The notes under the pieces are model-generated. The model made no database searches, had not been told where the DNA came from, and was given only the letters and a program-made list of their open reading frames with translations. 64,000 nt of DNA from Candidatus Pacearchaeota archaeon (lineage in GTDB: Archaea; Nanobdellota; Nanobdellia; Pacearchaeales; GW2011-AR1), in assembly GCA_018303855.1 (NCBI GenBank), contig JAGVXI010000012.1, positions 2,403 to 66,402 of the forward strand, read 5' to 3'. Positions 41,772-52,069 of this stretch are shown piece by piece; positions within the stretch are counted from its first letter, which is position 1; every line of letters begins with the position of its first letter. A program made the translations under genes and the position numbers.

Positions 41772-43190
41772 TTATCCCTTAACAACAACCAAGGGTTTTA
41801 ATCTAGCAACTTTTTTGGATATTCCAAGCTCGTCGACAACCTCAACTACTTCATCAATGTCTTTGTAAGCTTCAGGCGCTTCTTCTGCAAGTGATTTCCA
41901 GCTTCCAGCTTTAACCTCTATACCTATTTTACTTAGACTCTTTTTAATTTCTTCTCCTCTAAAACTCCTTATTGAATCTGCTCTGCTTTTAACCCTTCCT
42001 GCTCCATGAACAGTGCTTGAAAATGTTAATTCTTCTGCTTTTTCTGTTCCGACTAAAATATACGACGCTGTGCCCATGCTTCCTGGAATTAAAACAGGCT
42101 GTCCTACTTGCCTGTACACGTCAGGAATTTCTTTTCTTCCTGCACCAAAACTTCTTGTGGCGCCTTTTCTGTGCACACAAACAATTTGTTTTTTGCCATT
42201 TACAACATGCTCTTCAAATTTCGCAATATTGTGGCAAATATCATATAAAACATCAATTTTTATTTTAGGAAAAAGCTTTTGCATTTCTTCTCTTACCCAA
42301 TGAGTTATAACCTGCTTGTTTGCAAAAGCAAAATTCACAGCACAGCACATTGCTTCATAATAATCCTTACCTAGTTTGCTTTCTATAGGTGCATTTATTA
42401 ATTCCCTATCAGGCAAATCTTTAAAGCCATACTCCTGTTCCATTAGTTTAATGTAATCTGAAGCAACTTGATGCCCTAATCCACGACTTCCGCAGTGAAT
42501 CATTATCACAACCTGCTCTTTTTCCAGTCCAAAAGCTTTTGCTATCTCTTTGTCAAAAATGTCGTCGACAAATTGCACTTCAAGGAAATGATTGCCAGCC
42601 CCTAAAGTTCCAACTTGTCCAATTCCTCTTTTTTTTGCTCTTTCACTTACTTTATCAGGATTTGCATTTTTCATACATCCTTCTTCTTCTGTATGCAGAT
42701 AATCTTCTTTAAACCCAAATCCTTTTTTAACAATATACTGCGCTCCACTTTTTAGCAATTCATCAAGCTCTTTATAAGAAATTTGAAATGTGCTTCCTCT
42801 ACCAACCCCCGAAGGTATTTTTCTATAAAGCGCTTCAACAATTTCTTTTTGTTTTTTTAAAATATCCTGTTTTTTCAAATTAGTTTTTAAAATTCGCACC
42901 GAGCAGTTAATATCGTACCCGACACCGCCAGGGCTTATTATTCCTTTGTCCATATCAAATGCTGCAACCCCACCAATTGGGAATCCGTAGCCTTGATGTG
43001 CATCTGATAATGCAATTGATGCTTTTAAAATGCCAGGCAGCATTGCAACATTTTTCACTTGCTCCAAAGTCTTATCTTTTTTAATCGCATTTAACAGTTT
43101 TTCAGAAGCATAGACTATACCAGGCACATTCATGTTGCCTGTTTTCGGTAGTTCATATGTATTTTTTGATATTTTTTTGAGTTCAGGCAT
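41772..43190 (-). CDS. rtcB: RNA-splicing ligase RtcB
   Basis: DAHQGYGFPIGGV, GVGYDINC, GNHFLE, H.GSRG, HRKGAT, HGAGR. Confidence 0.97.
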   Translation of the reverse strand: MPELKKISKNTYELPKTGNMNVPGIVYASEKLLNAIKKDKTLEQVKNVAMLPGILKASIALSDAHQGYGFPIGGVAAFDMDKGIISPGGVGYDINCSVRILKTNLKKQDILKKQKEIVEALYRKIPSGVGRGSTFQISYKELDELLKSGAQYIVKKGFGFKEDYLHTEEEGCMKNANPDKVSERAKKRGIGQVGTLGAGNHFLEVQFVDDIFDKEIAKAFGLEKEQVVIMIHCGSRGLGHQVASDYIKLMEQEYGFKDLPDRELINAPIESKLGKDYYEAMCCAVNFAFANKQVITHWVREEMQKLFPKIKIDVLYDICHNIAKFEEHVVNGKKQIVCVHRKGATRSFGAGRKEIPDVYRQVGQPVLIPGSMGTASYILVGTEKAEELTFSSTVHGAGRVKSRADSIRSFRGEEIKKSLSKIGIEVKAGSWKSLAEEAPEAYKDIDEVVEVVDELGISKKVARLKPLVVVKG

Positions 43191-43454
43191 TTTTATTGTT
43201 TGTTATTTAATGCAGTTAAGTAGTTAGTTGTAGATTAGTTTAAGTAATATATAAGATTTGTTATTTTGTCCCTAGGTTATTAAGCTTAGAATGTGTGTAT
43301 TTAAATAATAGTTAAATTACATAAAAGTTGTTGTTAGGTAGTTAACTATCTTTTAGCTAATTAATTAAGAATAAACGCCTTTGTAAAACCAGTATGCTAA
43401 TTTTAACAATTAATTTGCTATGCTCTTGGTTTTGCTAATTACTTTATTAAACAA

Positions 43455-43910
43455 TCAAACATCAACAACAACCTGACAAATCCACTGCTTTTTCTTTTTG
43501 TCATGTTTGACAAACATATCGTTATAGGTTATTGCTTTAACATGTCCTGATAATTCATAATTTTTAACCTTATCGCCGGCAAGTTCAGCCTCAAGCCTAA
43601 ATTTCTCTTTATTAATTTTAATTTTCTTAACTTTATCTAATAAAAATCCTTTAGTCTCCAACACATAAATAACTTCTTCTAAAAAATTATACAATAAGCT
43701 TTCTAAGTCATTCCCGTTTACTTTTATATCAATTCTTTTTAACCCTTTAATCTGGTCATCACATATTATATTCGTTAATGCCAAAGTAGAATTGTCAAAT
43801 GCTTCTTCAAGGCTTTTTCCAAAAGCCTGAAATTTTACATCTGCAGTATGGCTTAAAAATTTGAAGTTTTTTATTTTTGGGGTTTTTTGTCTCATAAATA
43901 AATTAAACAA
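43455..43910 (-). CDS. Archease
   Basis: HTADV..., VKAITY, C-terminal VVVDV; upstream of rtcB. Confidence 0.94.
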   Translation of the reverse strand: MFNLFMRQKTPKIKNFKFLSHTADVKFQAFGKSLEEAFDNSTLALTNIICDDQIKGLKRIDIKVNGNDLESLLYNFLEEVIYVLETKGFLLDKVKKIKINKEKFRLEAELAGDKVKNYELSGHVKAITYNDMFVKHDKKKKQWICQVVVDV

Positions 43911-44001
43911 AGAAGTTATATAAACATTTTTAATTATTTAAGTTAGAGTACAGCTCAAAAAAGCATAATGTATTTAAATACTGTTTTCTTTATTTAATAT
44001 A

Positions 44002-44430
44002 ATGGAAAAAAAGAGGCTTAATCTCATAATAGTGGGAATAGGAGTAATTTTTATTTTAGGTTTCTTTGTTTATGCTTACACAGTTAATATACCAAATCCA
44101 GGGCATGGAGGAGATGAAGTTTCAGTTTTTATTTCAGGGCAAACAAAAACATTACAACAATCAATTGACGATGGGAGTTTTGAGAGTGTTGTTTTAGGGT
44201 CACCTGGTTTTAATTGTAATATTAAATATCTTGATGCAAATCAGCCCACAATAATCTGCCCTTCAGATTATCCAGAGTTAGTTGGAGGGGGATGCACATC
44301 TTTTTGGGGTGAAGCTTGGAGAGAATTTTTGCCATCTAAATCAACTGAATCATTTCATTGTAACGACGCTTCAGCAGGAGGAGGTGTTTATACTGCTTGG
44401 GCAATGTGCTGTAAATCTATAACTTCATAA
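44002..44430 (+). CDS. Secreted Cys-rich protein, paralog 1
   Basis: TM/signal, PGH..E, TLQ..ID, CP...VGGGC...W...C...AMCC. Confidence 0.8.
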   Translation: MEKKRLNLIIVGIGVIFILGFFVYAYTVNIPNPGHGGDEVSVFISGQTKTLQQSIDDGSFESVVLGSPGFNCNIKYLDANQPTIICPSDYPELVGGGCTSFWGEAWREFLPSKSTESFHCNDASAGGGVYTAWAMCCKSITS

Positions 44431-44431
44431 A

Positions 44432-44854
44432 ATGAAAACTCAAAATCATTATAAAAGATATTTCAATTTACTAATTGCATTGGCAATGTTAATTATTTTA
44501 ACTTTTGTAGTGGTAGCAGTTTTTGGACATTCTGCAAGTCAAACTTTGGTTAACACACCAAAATGCGGGGAAGTAGATTTGCAATATGCCTTGGATAATA
44601 ATTGTTTTACAACTAAACATCTTGAATGTTCAAGGGTTGCTGGTTCTCTTCAAGAAGCTTCTTTTGTGCCATGTCCTACTGGTACAGTTACTTTAGGAGG
44701 GGGTTGTGTTAGATCTAGCGGAACTAATTGGGATCATATTAGCAGGCCACAAGGAAGGACTGTTAATGGGCAATATTTAGAGGGATGGGCTTGTCAAGTT
44801 ACAGGGGGAAGTGTTACTGCATATGCAATGTGTTGTAGTGTAGTTGGAAATTAA
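44432..44854 (+). CDS. Secreted Cys-rich protein, paralog 2
   Basis: TM/signal, GH, LQYALD, CP.G..LGGGC...W...C...AMCC. Confidence 0.8.
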   Translation: MKTQNHYKRYFNLLIALAMLIILTFVVVAVFGHSASQTLVNTPKCGEVDLQYALDNNCFTTKHLECSRVAGSLQEASFVPCPTGTVTLGGGCVRSSGTNWDHISRPQGRTVNGQYLEGWACQVTGGSVTAYAMCCSVVGN

Positions 44855-44855
44855 A

Positions 44856-45293
44856 ATGAACAAAAAAATAAATAAATCTTGGGCTAAAAAGACATTTGTT
44901 TTAGTTTTGTCTTTATTTATTATTGTTGCTGCTTCGGTTTTTATTTACTCAGCTGTTCCAGGAGTTTCACATACAAGCGATGAAATATTTTTAGACACTT
45001 CTTCTTGTGGTTCTGTTACTTTAAAGTATGCTATAGATAATAATTGTCTTCCTTCATCTGCTACACTTAATTGTGCTGAGGTTTCTGTTAGGAGTGCTAC
45101 TACAAATACAGCTACTGCTGCATGTAGCGCAGGATATATTGCTGTGAGTGGTGGTTGCGCATCTCCAAATGGAGATAGATGGACAAGACTTTTACCAGAA
45201 GATTTAAATTCTGATGGGATATATGAAAGTTTTGTTTGTTCAAACAATTTAAATGATGTTACAGCAAAAGCAATTTGTTGCAAATTATCTTAG
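44856..45293 (+). CDS. Secreted Cys-rich protein, paralog 3
   Basis: TM/signal, SH..E, TLKYAID, C.AGY..VSGGC...W...C...AICC; start placed at MNKKIN. Confidence 0.8.
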   Translation: MNKKINKSWAKKTFVLVLSLFIIVAASVFIYSAVPGVSHTSDEIFLDTSSCGSVTLKYAIDNNCLPSSATLNCAEVSVRSATTNTATAACSAGYIAVSGGCASPNGDRWTRLLPEDLNSDGIYESFVCSNNLNDVTAKAICCKLS

Positions 45294-45333
45294 ACTTTGT
45301 GATTAATATCTTTCTAATTTCGTTTAGTATTCC

Positions 45334-45786
45334 TCACCTCACCCAGCAAAACATTTTCAACTGTCTTGGGTTATATACGGTGGAAGTTGCAGTTATCGCA
45401 ATGCTCTCAGCATAAATGTCTTTTCCAAGAGCTTCATTAGGAATAGAATTAAGCTTGCAAAGCGTATCTAACTCGCATATTTTGGCTGCACAATTCAAAT
45501 AATTAGGTATTCTATTGGTGATTTTGTTGATAACATTTGCTGGAACGTTATCATCAGGATTTTCATCTGGGTTATCGGGAATATTTACCCCCAAAACCTC
45601 GTTTCTTAAATTATCATTCAGCTCAATCTCTCTTAACACAGCCCATTCTGCATCTCTCACTTGCCCAGAGATGTCTTTTTTTCCAATATATCCTTTATTC
45701 ATCACTAAAAGCAAAACTCCTGTAATTAGCAATATTGCAACAAACGCTTCAACAATTCTTATCCATCCTCTTTTTCCTTGTAGCAT
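45334..45786 (-). CDS. Type IV pilin-like protein
   Basis: KRG|WIRIVEAFVAILL class III signal with Glu. Confidence 0.8.
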   Translation of the reverse strand: MLQGKRGWIRIVEAFVAILLITGVLLLVMNKGYIGKKDISGQVRDAEWAVLREIELNDNLRNEVLGVNIPDNPDENPDDNVPANVINKITNRIPNYLNCAAKICELDTLCKLNSIPNEALGKDIYAESIAITATSTVYNPRQLKMFCWVR

Positions 45787-46146
45787 TTTTTGTTTTCTGG
45801 GATTTAAGCAATAATCTTTTCAACTTTGGAATTATTAACCATTTAATCGTAGCCTGCTTTAATTAATTAACTTCAACTTAATTTATGACAACACCACCTT
45901 ATCACATTTATATTATTAGCATTCATTACATTTTATTAATCTAATGCACTAATAATCTCTAACCCCACATCTTTTTTATTAAAAGCAACTCCTACCTCTT
46001 TAATATTTACTAATCTTACCATTTTATTATTAATTATACTATCACCTAAACATTATATAGGTTATACTTTTAATCTTATAGTAACATGCTGGTTTAATAC
46101 CTCTTATTATCAATAAATTTATCAATATTTACTATTTTTTAAATCT

Positions 46147-46980
46147 TCACCAGACTTTTATTGTAAGTGTTCCACTATTTATGCTTGCTATCTGATTGAT
46201 GAACTGAACAGGAATTTCTTTTGAGTAAATACTTGCTCTGGTTTCTTTTTCGGCAGGCTGAACTATTTCGCCAGTTTCTTCATCTGTAAAAATAAAAATA
46301 AATTCAGTATCAGATGGAATATCTAACTGTTGCTTTAAATTGTTATATCCTGCTTCATAAGATGTTTTAAACTCATCAACCTTTGTTTTGAAAGCGTAAT
46401 TGCTTGTTTTTATAAATCCAATAGTATAAGTATTATCACTTAATGGCGTGGTAGCAATATAATTCAGGTTTTTAGTTGATGTGCAACTAACTGCACCTGT
46501 TGGCTCAAAAGGCTCATCAGCATAATCAATTTTAAAAGATACATCAGCAGAACTGCCAGCACTTATAGAACTTTTTAATCCTATTTTTAAATAACTTGTG
46601 GATAGTAAATATGGCTGAATTGTTTCAATTCCTGTAGATGTTTCTATTTGCCTAACAACTATACTCTTTCCCTGAATGCCTGCAATAAAATTTTCTGGTG
46701 AGCCATCAGATAAAAGTGAGATGCAGTCTATACTCATTCCTGTAGGTGGAGGTTCAATGGTAATTTTTGCCTTAATTACCGCATTTGTCAGCTCAGCAGA
46801 AACCGAGCTGATTATCTCTTCTTTTAACAAGTCTAATACTATCTGCTTGTCTTTGTTTAATTTTACTGCTGGCTGTATAGTTGTGTAAATGAAAATTAAA
46901 AATGTTACAAATATGACAAAACTAAGTATTACTCCTACATGTGTGCCGCCTCTTTTTTTTTCAAACATTTTATGCCCCAA
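46147..46980 (-). CDS. Type IV pilin-like protein
   Basis: KKRG|GTHVGVILSFVIF N-terminus. Confidence 0.75.
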   Translation of the reverse strand: MGHKMFEKKRGGTHVGVILSFVIFVTFLIFIYTTIQPAVKLNKDKQIVLDLLKEEIISSVSAELTNAVIKAKITIEPPPTGMSIDCISLLSDGSPENFIAGIQGKSIVVRQIETSTGIETIQPYLLSTSYLKIGLKSSISAGSSADVSFKIDYADEPFEPTGAVSCTSTKNLNYIATTPLSDNTYTIGFIKTSNYAFKTKVDEFKTSYEAGYNNLKQQLDIPSDTEFIFIFTDEETGEIVQPAEKETRASIYSKEIPVQFINQIASINSGTLTIKVW

Positions 46981-47824
46981 AAATAATATTTGCTCCTGCA
47001 GAAGTTAAAAATGAGCCAAGCATTAGTATAAAAGAGTGTTTCACGCCTGCTTTAATGCTTTCTTCTGCAAGTTTGCCTATTGCTAGTCCGCTAAAAAAAC
47101 CCTGAACTAAAAGCAAATACAAAAATGAGTTTGAAATCTCTTGCTGGTTTATTCCGCTGCCGCCTCCAACAATTCCGCCTATATCTTCGGTTGTTGTTCC
47201 AACATCAGTTAGCCCAGTCAATAATGGTAAGATTTTAAACTGCATTACTAAGATAATAATCAGGAAAATTATAAAAATGATATAGCCTTGGACAACCAAT
47301 GTTGAAATAATTGCTTTTCTCTCTTTTTTTAAAGCATCTGAAGTAGTAACTGCTCCTGCAACTGCCTCTAGAATCTGTCCAATGTCTCCTCCTGCTTGTT
47401 CTGCCTGCCCAATTAATGTAAGAGCTCGTGAAATTGTATTATTGTTAACATCATTGGCGAATGTTTGTAATGCTTTATTAAGAGGAATTCCCAGTGAAAT
47501 TTGGTTTGCTAATTTCTGCACATTCTCACTCAATACCCCGTAAGATTTGTCTTTTACATTCACAATACTCCTGCTGATTGGTGTGCCTGCTTTGACGCTT
47601 TCAACCAGGTTACGTGCAAATTCCAAGAACATCTCTTCTTTTTCATTGGTTATTTGGGTTTCAATAATAACAGAGATTACAAAAGGCAAAATTCCTATTA
47701 TAACTCCTATCCCGATGATCAATGCAAACCAGTTAGTCCCATAAGCAAAAAAAGAACTGCCTATGATAAGCGCAGCTATTATCACACCGCCCATATGCAC
47801 TGCCTTTATTTCCATTTTATTCAA
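46970..47824 (-). CDS. Type II/IV secretion system F-domain (TadC-like) membrane protein
   Basis: F.RNL.ESVKAG, YG.L, GIPL..AL, A..AGGDI..IL, GLAIGK. Confidence 0.9.
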   Translation of the reverse strand: MNKMEIKAVHMGGVIIAALIIGSSFFAYGTNWFALIIGIGVIIGILPFVISVIIETQITNEKEEMFLEFARNLVESVKAGTPISRSIVNVKDKSYGVLSENVQKLANQISLGIPLNKALQTFANDVNNNTISRALTLIGQAEQAGGDIGQILEAVAGAVTTSDALKKERKAIISTLVVQGYIIFIIFLIIILVMQFKILPLLTGLTDVGTTTEDIGGIVGGGSGINQQEISNSFLYLLLVQGFFSGLAIGKLAEESIKAGVKHSFILMLGSFLTSAGANIIFGA

Positions 47825-47826
47825 AT

Positions 47827-48141
47827 CTATTCAGTAATGATACGTCGTACAATGAATACTAAAGTAAATATTAGCGAAGAGATTATAAAATATTTTCTCC
47901 ATAATTTCATTTCTAACCAAGTAGCTATATAGATAGTGCTTATTGTAGTAAGTAGGTAAAGACCCCCAAGAATAACTAAACTATATGGAGCTGATCTAAT
48001 AAAAAATCCAGTTATGGCTTGAGTCAGAAAAATTGATGCAAAAGCCAATCCTGCAGCTGATATAAATGTAAAATAAAATAGAAAAAATAAATAATCTCTT
48101 TTCTTTATGTAATCTGTATGGTACTCTTTATTTTTTTTCAT
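47827..48141 (-). CDS. Hypothetical three-TM membrane protein
   Basis: 104 aa, inserted between the two TadC-like genes with 1-2 nt gaps. Confidence 0.7.
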   Translation of the reverse strand: MKKNKEYHTDYIKKRDYLFFLFYFTFISAAGLAFASIFLTQAITGFFIRSAPYSLVILGGLYLLTTISTIYIATWLEMKLWRKYFIISSLIFTLVFIVRRIITE

Positions 48142-48142
48142 T

Positions 48143-49495
48143 TTATTTTGATGGCTGTTTTAAATGTAAAAATGTTAGGAAGACAATATTAATAGCTGTA
48201 ACACCCAAAATCATTAGCAAGGTTATCATTTGGTTGCTTAAAGCAATTCCCAAACCGCTAATTTTAATCATCATCAGCAAAAGCATAAAAATCATCGGAG
48301 CAGCAATTACAACGCTGATATAAATGTCCATAAAAGTTTCAGCAGTTCTGGTATATTTTTCCCTCTCAAGCCTGTAATCAAATAAAAGGCTTTGAGCTCT
48401 TTTATCAAAAAAATCCGGCAAATTTCCACCAGAACTTATTGTTGTTGCTATCCCATTAAAAAGTTCAGCCAGTTTTTTGCTTGGGCTGTTCGTTGCATTG
48501 TTTCTTAGAGCACTTACAAGATCATAGCCATAGACATTAATTTCATTTATTAGTTTTGTAAATTCCCTTGTTAAATACGGGTATTCTTCTGTTGAAATAA
48601 TAATGCTGAATATCTTGCTTGGCTCTATCATTGAGCCGGATATTGCTGCCATATGTATTGTTGCAAAAGGCAATTCCTGATCAATTCTGCTTTCATTGGA
48701 CTTTTTTTCAAGCGAAGGATAAACATACATGGATAAGAATGTTAATACTGGTACAGCAAGAATAATCCAAAAAACTTTCAGAAATCTTTCAAATAATGAG
48801 CCAGTTACTTGGGTAATAATTGGAAGTTCTGCAACAATATTAAAGAATAAAAAAAAGATAAACAACAAAAAGCCCGCAAAAAGAGAGATAATTGTGGTCA
48901 GCAGCGTGATAGCAATATAGCTTGTAGGGAGTATGGAAATATTTGCTTTTACCAAATTCCGTTTTAATGCTCTGAACATTTTTTTTTGCATAAGATTTAA
49001 TGAAATTCCTGAAAATAAATTGTTAGCAAATTTGATGTAACTGCTTGGTTTTTTTATTTTCTTTTTTGTTACTTTTTTGCTCTTTTTTCCCAGTCTTTTT
49101 AAAGTAAATCTTTCAAATTCTGTGGTCTTTTTGAAATAATTTCTTGCAGTTAGAAGTGGGTTGATGTTATGCTGGGCCATTGTTCTATGGTTAGCCTGCA
49201 CTCTTTCATATTTTTTTCCTAAATCATTTTCTCCTTTTTCAATGTTTTTTGTCGCTTTATCAAATCCAAAGGTGTCTTTTTGTTCAGAGGATAGTGGTTT
49301 AACCAGCATTATTCTATGCAAAATTTGCAGAATATTCTCATTGGTTTGTTTTAGCTTTTCAAGAAGTAATCTTCCCATTTTTTCGTCTGTCTTTTTTTGA
49401 GAAAGAATGCCTATCTGTTCAACTAAAATTTTTTCCTGGGCAATATGCTGTTGTAGAACTTCAAATGTTTTTAATTCATCTATTCCAGACTTCAT
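48143..49495 (-). CDS. Type II/IV secretion system F-domain (TadC-like) membrane protein
   Basis: IDQELPFA..HM, GYDL.SAL, SPS.KL.ELF.G, SGG.L. Confidence 0.9.
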   Translation of the reverse strand: MKSGIDELKTFEVLQQHIAQEKILVEQIGILSQKKTDEKMGRLLLEKLKQTNENILQILHRIMLVKPLSSEQKDTFGFDKATKNIEKGENDLGKKYERVQANHRTMAQHNINPLLTARNYFKKTTEFERFTLKRLGKKSKKVTKKKIKKPSSYIKFANNLFSGISLNLMQKKMFRALKRNLVKANISILPTSYIAITLLTTIISLFAGFLLFIFFLFFNIVAELPIITQVTGSLFERFLKVFWIILAVPVLTFLSMYVYPSLEKKSNESRIDQELPFATIHMAAISGSMIEPSKIFSIIISTEEYPYLTREFTKLINEINVYGYDLVSALRNNATNSPSKKLAELFNGIATTISSGGNLPDFFDKRAQSLLFDYRLEREKYTRTAETFMDIYISVVIAAPMIFMLLLMMIKISGLGIALSNQMITLLMILGVTAINIVFLTFLHLKQPSK

Positions 49496-49656
49496 TTTAT
49501 AGCATCAGACATCCTTCTATTAATCTGAAGCATGAATTTTTTTATTTTATTGAACTCTTCGCTATCTTTTTTATAATAAGCTTCTCTAAGTTTTGATTCA
49601 GCCTCATTTAAAGATTCAACTAACTGTTTTAGAAAGACAATATCATCCTCTTTCAT
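49492..49656 (-). CDS. Small helical hypothetical protein (54 aa, below ORF-track cutoff)
   Basis: Hand translation MKEDDIVFLKQLVESLNEAESKLREAYYKKDSEEFNKIKKFMLQINRRMSDAIK; ATGA overlap with the TadC-like gene. Confidence 0.75.
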   Translation of the reverse strand: MKEDDIVFLKQLVESLNEAESKLREAYYKKDSEEFNKIKKFMLQINRRMSDAIK

Positions 49657-49813
49657 AGCTAAAAAAGGTTATTTGCATTATTAAATTTAATGGTTTTTGG
49701 GATTAAATTTAATTAACTATCCGCAATAAATTCATTTAATTTGGTTTATAGGTGAATTGTGCTACATAAAATTATGCATTTTGTATATTCCGTAAGCATG
49801 ATAATAATTTGAT

Positions 49814-50023
49814 ATGTCAAGAATTGTTTTTTATGCAAACTCCCTACTTTAGTTCGCGAGACTTCAAGATTGTTATTAGGATTGGCAATCTTGACAGCAC
49901 TCAAGAATCTTCGATTCTTGATGGAATAAAAACAATTCTTGAGCACTTCAAGATTCTTTTATAGAATCTTGATAGTCGTCAAAAACAATGTTTTTGAGAT
50001 GCTCAAGAACCAGACACGCCATA
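49814..50023. repeat. Palindromic REP/MITE-like element, copy 2, with two nested hairpin-doublet insertions
   Basis: Same backbone as 5071-5164 plus inserts at 49862-49923 and 49946-49999. Confidence 0.85.
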
Positions 50024-50120
50024 AGATAGTTAATAATTGATGCTAGAGATTAAGCTCAATGCAGTTGATAATGCGACATTCAAATTAAAATTGTACTCTA
50101 AAACTAGTTTTTCTATTTAA

Positions 50121-51677
50121 CTATTGCACCCCAAATTTCTGCAAAACTTCTTTAGGCTTTTTATAATATTCATTTATAATCTCCTGCACTTTTTTAAATT
50201 CAAATATTTTTTGCTGATATAACTTGTAAATTATCTGAACTCTTCTTTTAAATTCTAAATCGAGCTCATTCATTGTCAATCCATATCGCTTGGCAATTTT
50301 TTCAAATATCTTGCTGTTTTTTTTGAAATAAAACTGGTCATCTTTTGGGTTCCAAACATAAGGCGTGTTGGTTAATGCAATTCCATCAGGAGTGACATTA
50401 ATAATTTCAACTATTGATTTGAGTTTTCTTGTCTCCTGCTTTTTAACAATTGCATGCGTCATAATACAAACACAATCAAGAACATTCAGCAAAGTTGGAG
50501 ATAAATTAATCGGGGGGGTTTCTAATCTTTTAATAACTGTATCAACTGATTCAGCATGAATAGTGCTTATTGAACTATGCCCAGAAGCCATACCCTGAAA
50601 CAGCACATACGCTTCTTTTCCCCTAACTTCCCCAACAATAACATAATCAGGAGTTTGTCTAAAAGAGCTTTTTAATAATGCAAAAAGGTCAATTTCTCCA
50701 ATATTTCCTAAACCAGTTGCACTCCTGACAACACTTGGAAGCCAGTTTTCCCTTGGCAAATTTAGTTCTCTAGTATCTTCAATTGAAACAACTCTTGCTT
50801 CAGGAGGGATGAAAAATGCAATAGCGTTTAGCAAGGTTGTTTTTCCAGATGCAGTGCCTCCTGTTATAAGGACATTCATTTTATACTGAATTAACAGCCA
50901 TAAATAAGCAAGCATTTCAGGGCTTAATGTATTGAACCCTATTAACCTTGTAGGAGTCCAGGGCGTTTTTGTAAACTTTCTCATCGTAAATGTTGGTCCC
51001 CTGGTTGTTACATCTGTTGTATAAGTAGCATTAACTCTGCTTCCATCAGGCAGGCTTCCATCTAAAATCGGATTTGCATAAGAAATATATTTTCCGCATC
51101 TTTGCGCGAGTTTTTCAACAAAACTTGCGAGGTACTCAGTATCATTAAAAATAACATTTGTCTTGAGGTTCCTGTAAAGTCTATGAACAATGTAAAGGGG
51201 CGTATTTGCCCCATTGCATTCAATGTCTTCAATAAAATAATCTCTTAATAATGGGTCAATTTCATTAAATCCCATAAAATCCCTGCATAAATAATAATAG
51301 ATTTTTCTGTAACTTCCATACGGGATATCAAATCCAAGCTCTATTGCTATAATCTTAAACATTCTATCAATATATTCCAATAAGGCTTCCCTGCTTTTTT
51401 CAACAATGACATTGAAATTAACCATCTCTCTCATAGCAGTTTTTATTTGCTCCAGCACAGCACTTTCATCAGGGGTTAATATTGGTTCTTCAATTTCATA
51501 AAGAACTTCAGAAATCTGAGGATTCCAGTAAATGTGGGCAAATGCAAAGGGGTAAATGAGGTTATATCTTATGTTTATTTTTGTCTTATCCTTGAACTTT
51601 CTCATTGGTTTAATTTCCGGATTAAAATCAATTTCCACCCTCGGATAATTTTGCATGTTTATTTTTTCCTGTTCCAT
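50121..51677 (-). CDS. Type II/IV secretion ATPase (TadA/VirB11/FlaI-like)
   Basis: Walker A GGTASGKT, SIEDTREL, RQ.PDY.IVGEVRG, TIHA. Confidence 0.95.
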   Translation of the reverse strand: MEQEKINMQNYPRVEIDFNPEIKPMRKFKDKTKINIRYNLIYPFAFAHIYWNPQISEVLYEIEEPILTPDESAVLEQIKTAMREMVNFNVIVEKSREALLEYIDRMFKIIAIELGFDIPYGSYRKIYYYLCRDFMGFNEIDPLLRDYFIEDIECNGANTPLYIVHRLYRNLKTNVIFNDTEYLASFVEKLAQRCGKYISYANPILDGSLPDGSRVNATYTTDVTTRGPTFTMRKFTKTPWTPTRLIGFNTLSPEMLAYLWLLIQYKMNVLITGGTASGKTTLLNAIAFFIPPEARVVSIEDTRELNLPRENWLPSVVRSATGLGNIGEIDLFALLKSSFRQTPDYVIVGEVRGKEAYVLFQGMASGHSSISTIHAESVDTVIKRLETPPINLSPTLLNVLDCVCIMTHAIVKKQETRKLKSIVEIINVTPDGIALTNTPYVWNPKDDQFYFKKNSKIFEKIAKRYGLTMNELDLEFKRRVQIIYKLYQQKIFEFKKVQEIINEYYKKPKEVLQKFGVQ

Positions 51678-52069
51678 TTTGCCTCTTTTTTGTTTTTATG
51701 CATTATTTAACTTAGCAAATATATAAGCTTTAATATGCTAATCTTAATTCACTTAACATTTAATTGATAGCAGCTGATATATGCGCAACATAGTTAATAT
51801 TGACTTCACAGCCTTTTTACATTAACCAACTCCCACTTCTTTCCATTAGCAACTTTTTTTAATAAATTACCGCCTATTTTTTACTTAATAATCTCTTTTT
51901 TAACAACTTTTTTACTTTAATGATATACCTTAAGTATCCTTATTAACTGATGCTTTTTATCTAATTTGTGTTATTATCTTGTCAGCTTTATCTTACCTGT
52001 TTAACATAACTATTATCATTTAACCCAACAATCGCTCTCTAATATAATAAACTCTGCAATTTTTTAAAT

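Noticed and set aside
43191-43454. Idea that all long spacers are G-rich on the transcribed strand
   Set aside because: This spacer is G/T-rich on the plus strand although both flanking genes are on the minus strand, so the skew is inconsistent.
44002-45293. Diversity-generating retroelement or shufflon acting on the three paralogs
   Set aside because: No reverse transcriptase, template/variable repeat pair, recombinase or inverted crossover sites; paralogs are diverged throughout.
49746-49946. 66-aa ORF
   Set aside because: Translation of the palindromic repeat; no coding features.
49814-50023. Possible CRISPR array (recurring TCAAGA units)
   Set aside because: Units are nested inverted repeats of uneven length, not identical direct repeats with regular spacers; no cas genes in the window.
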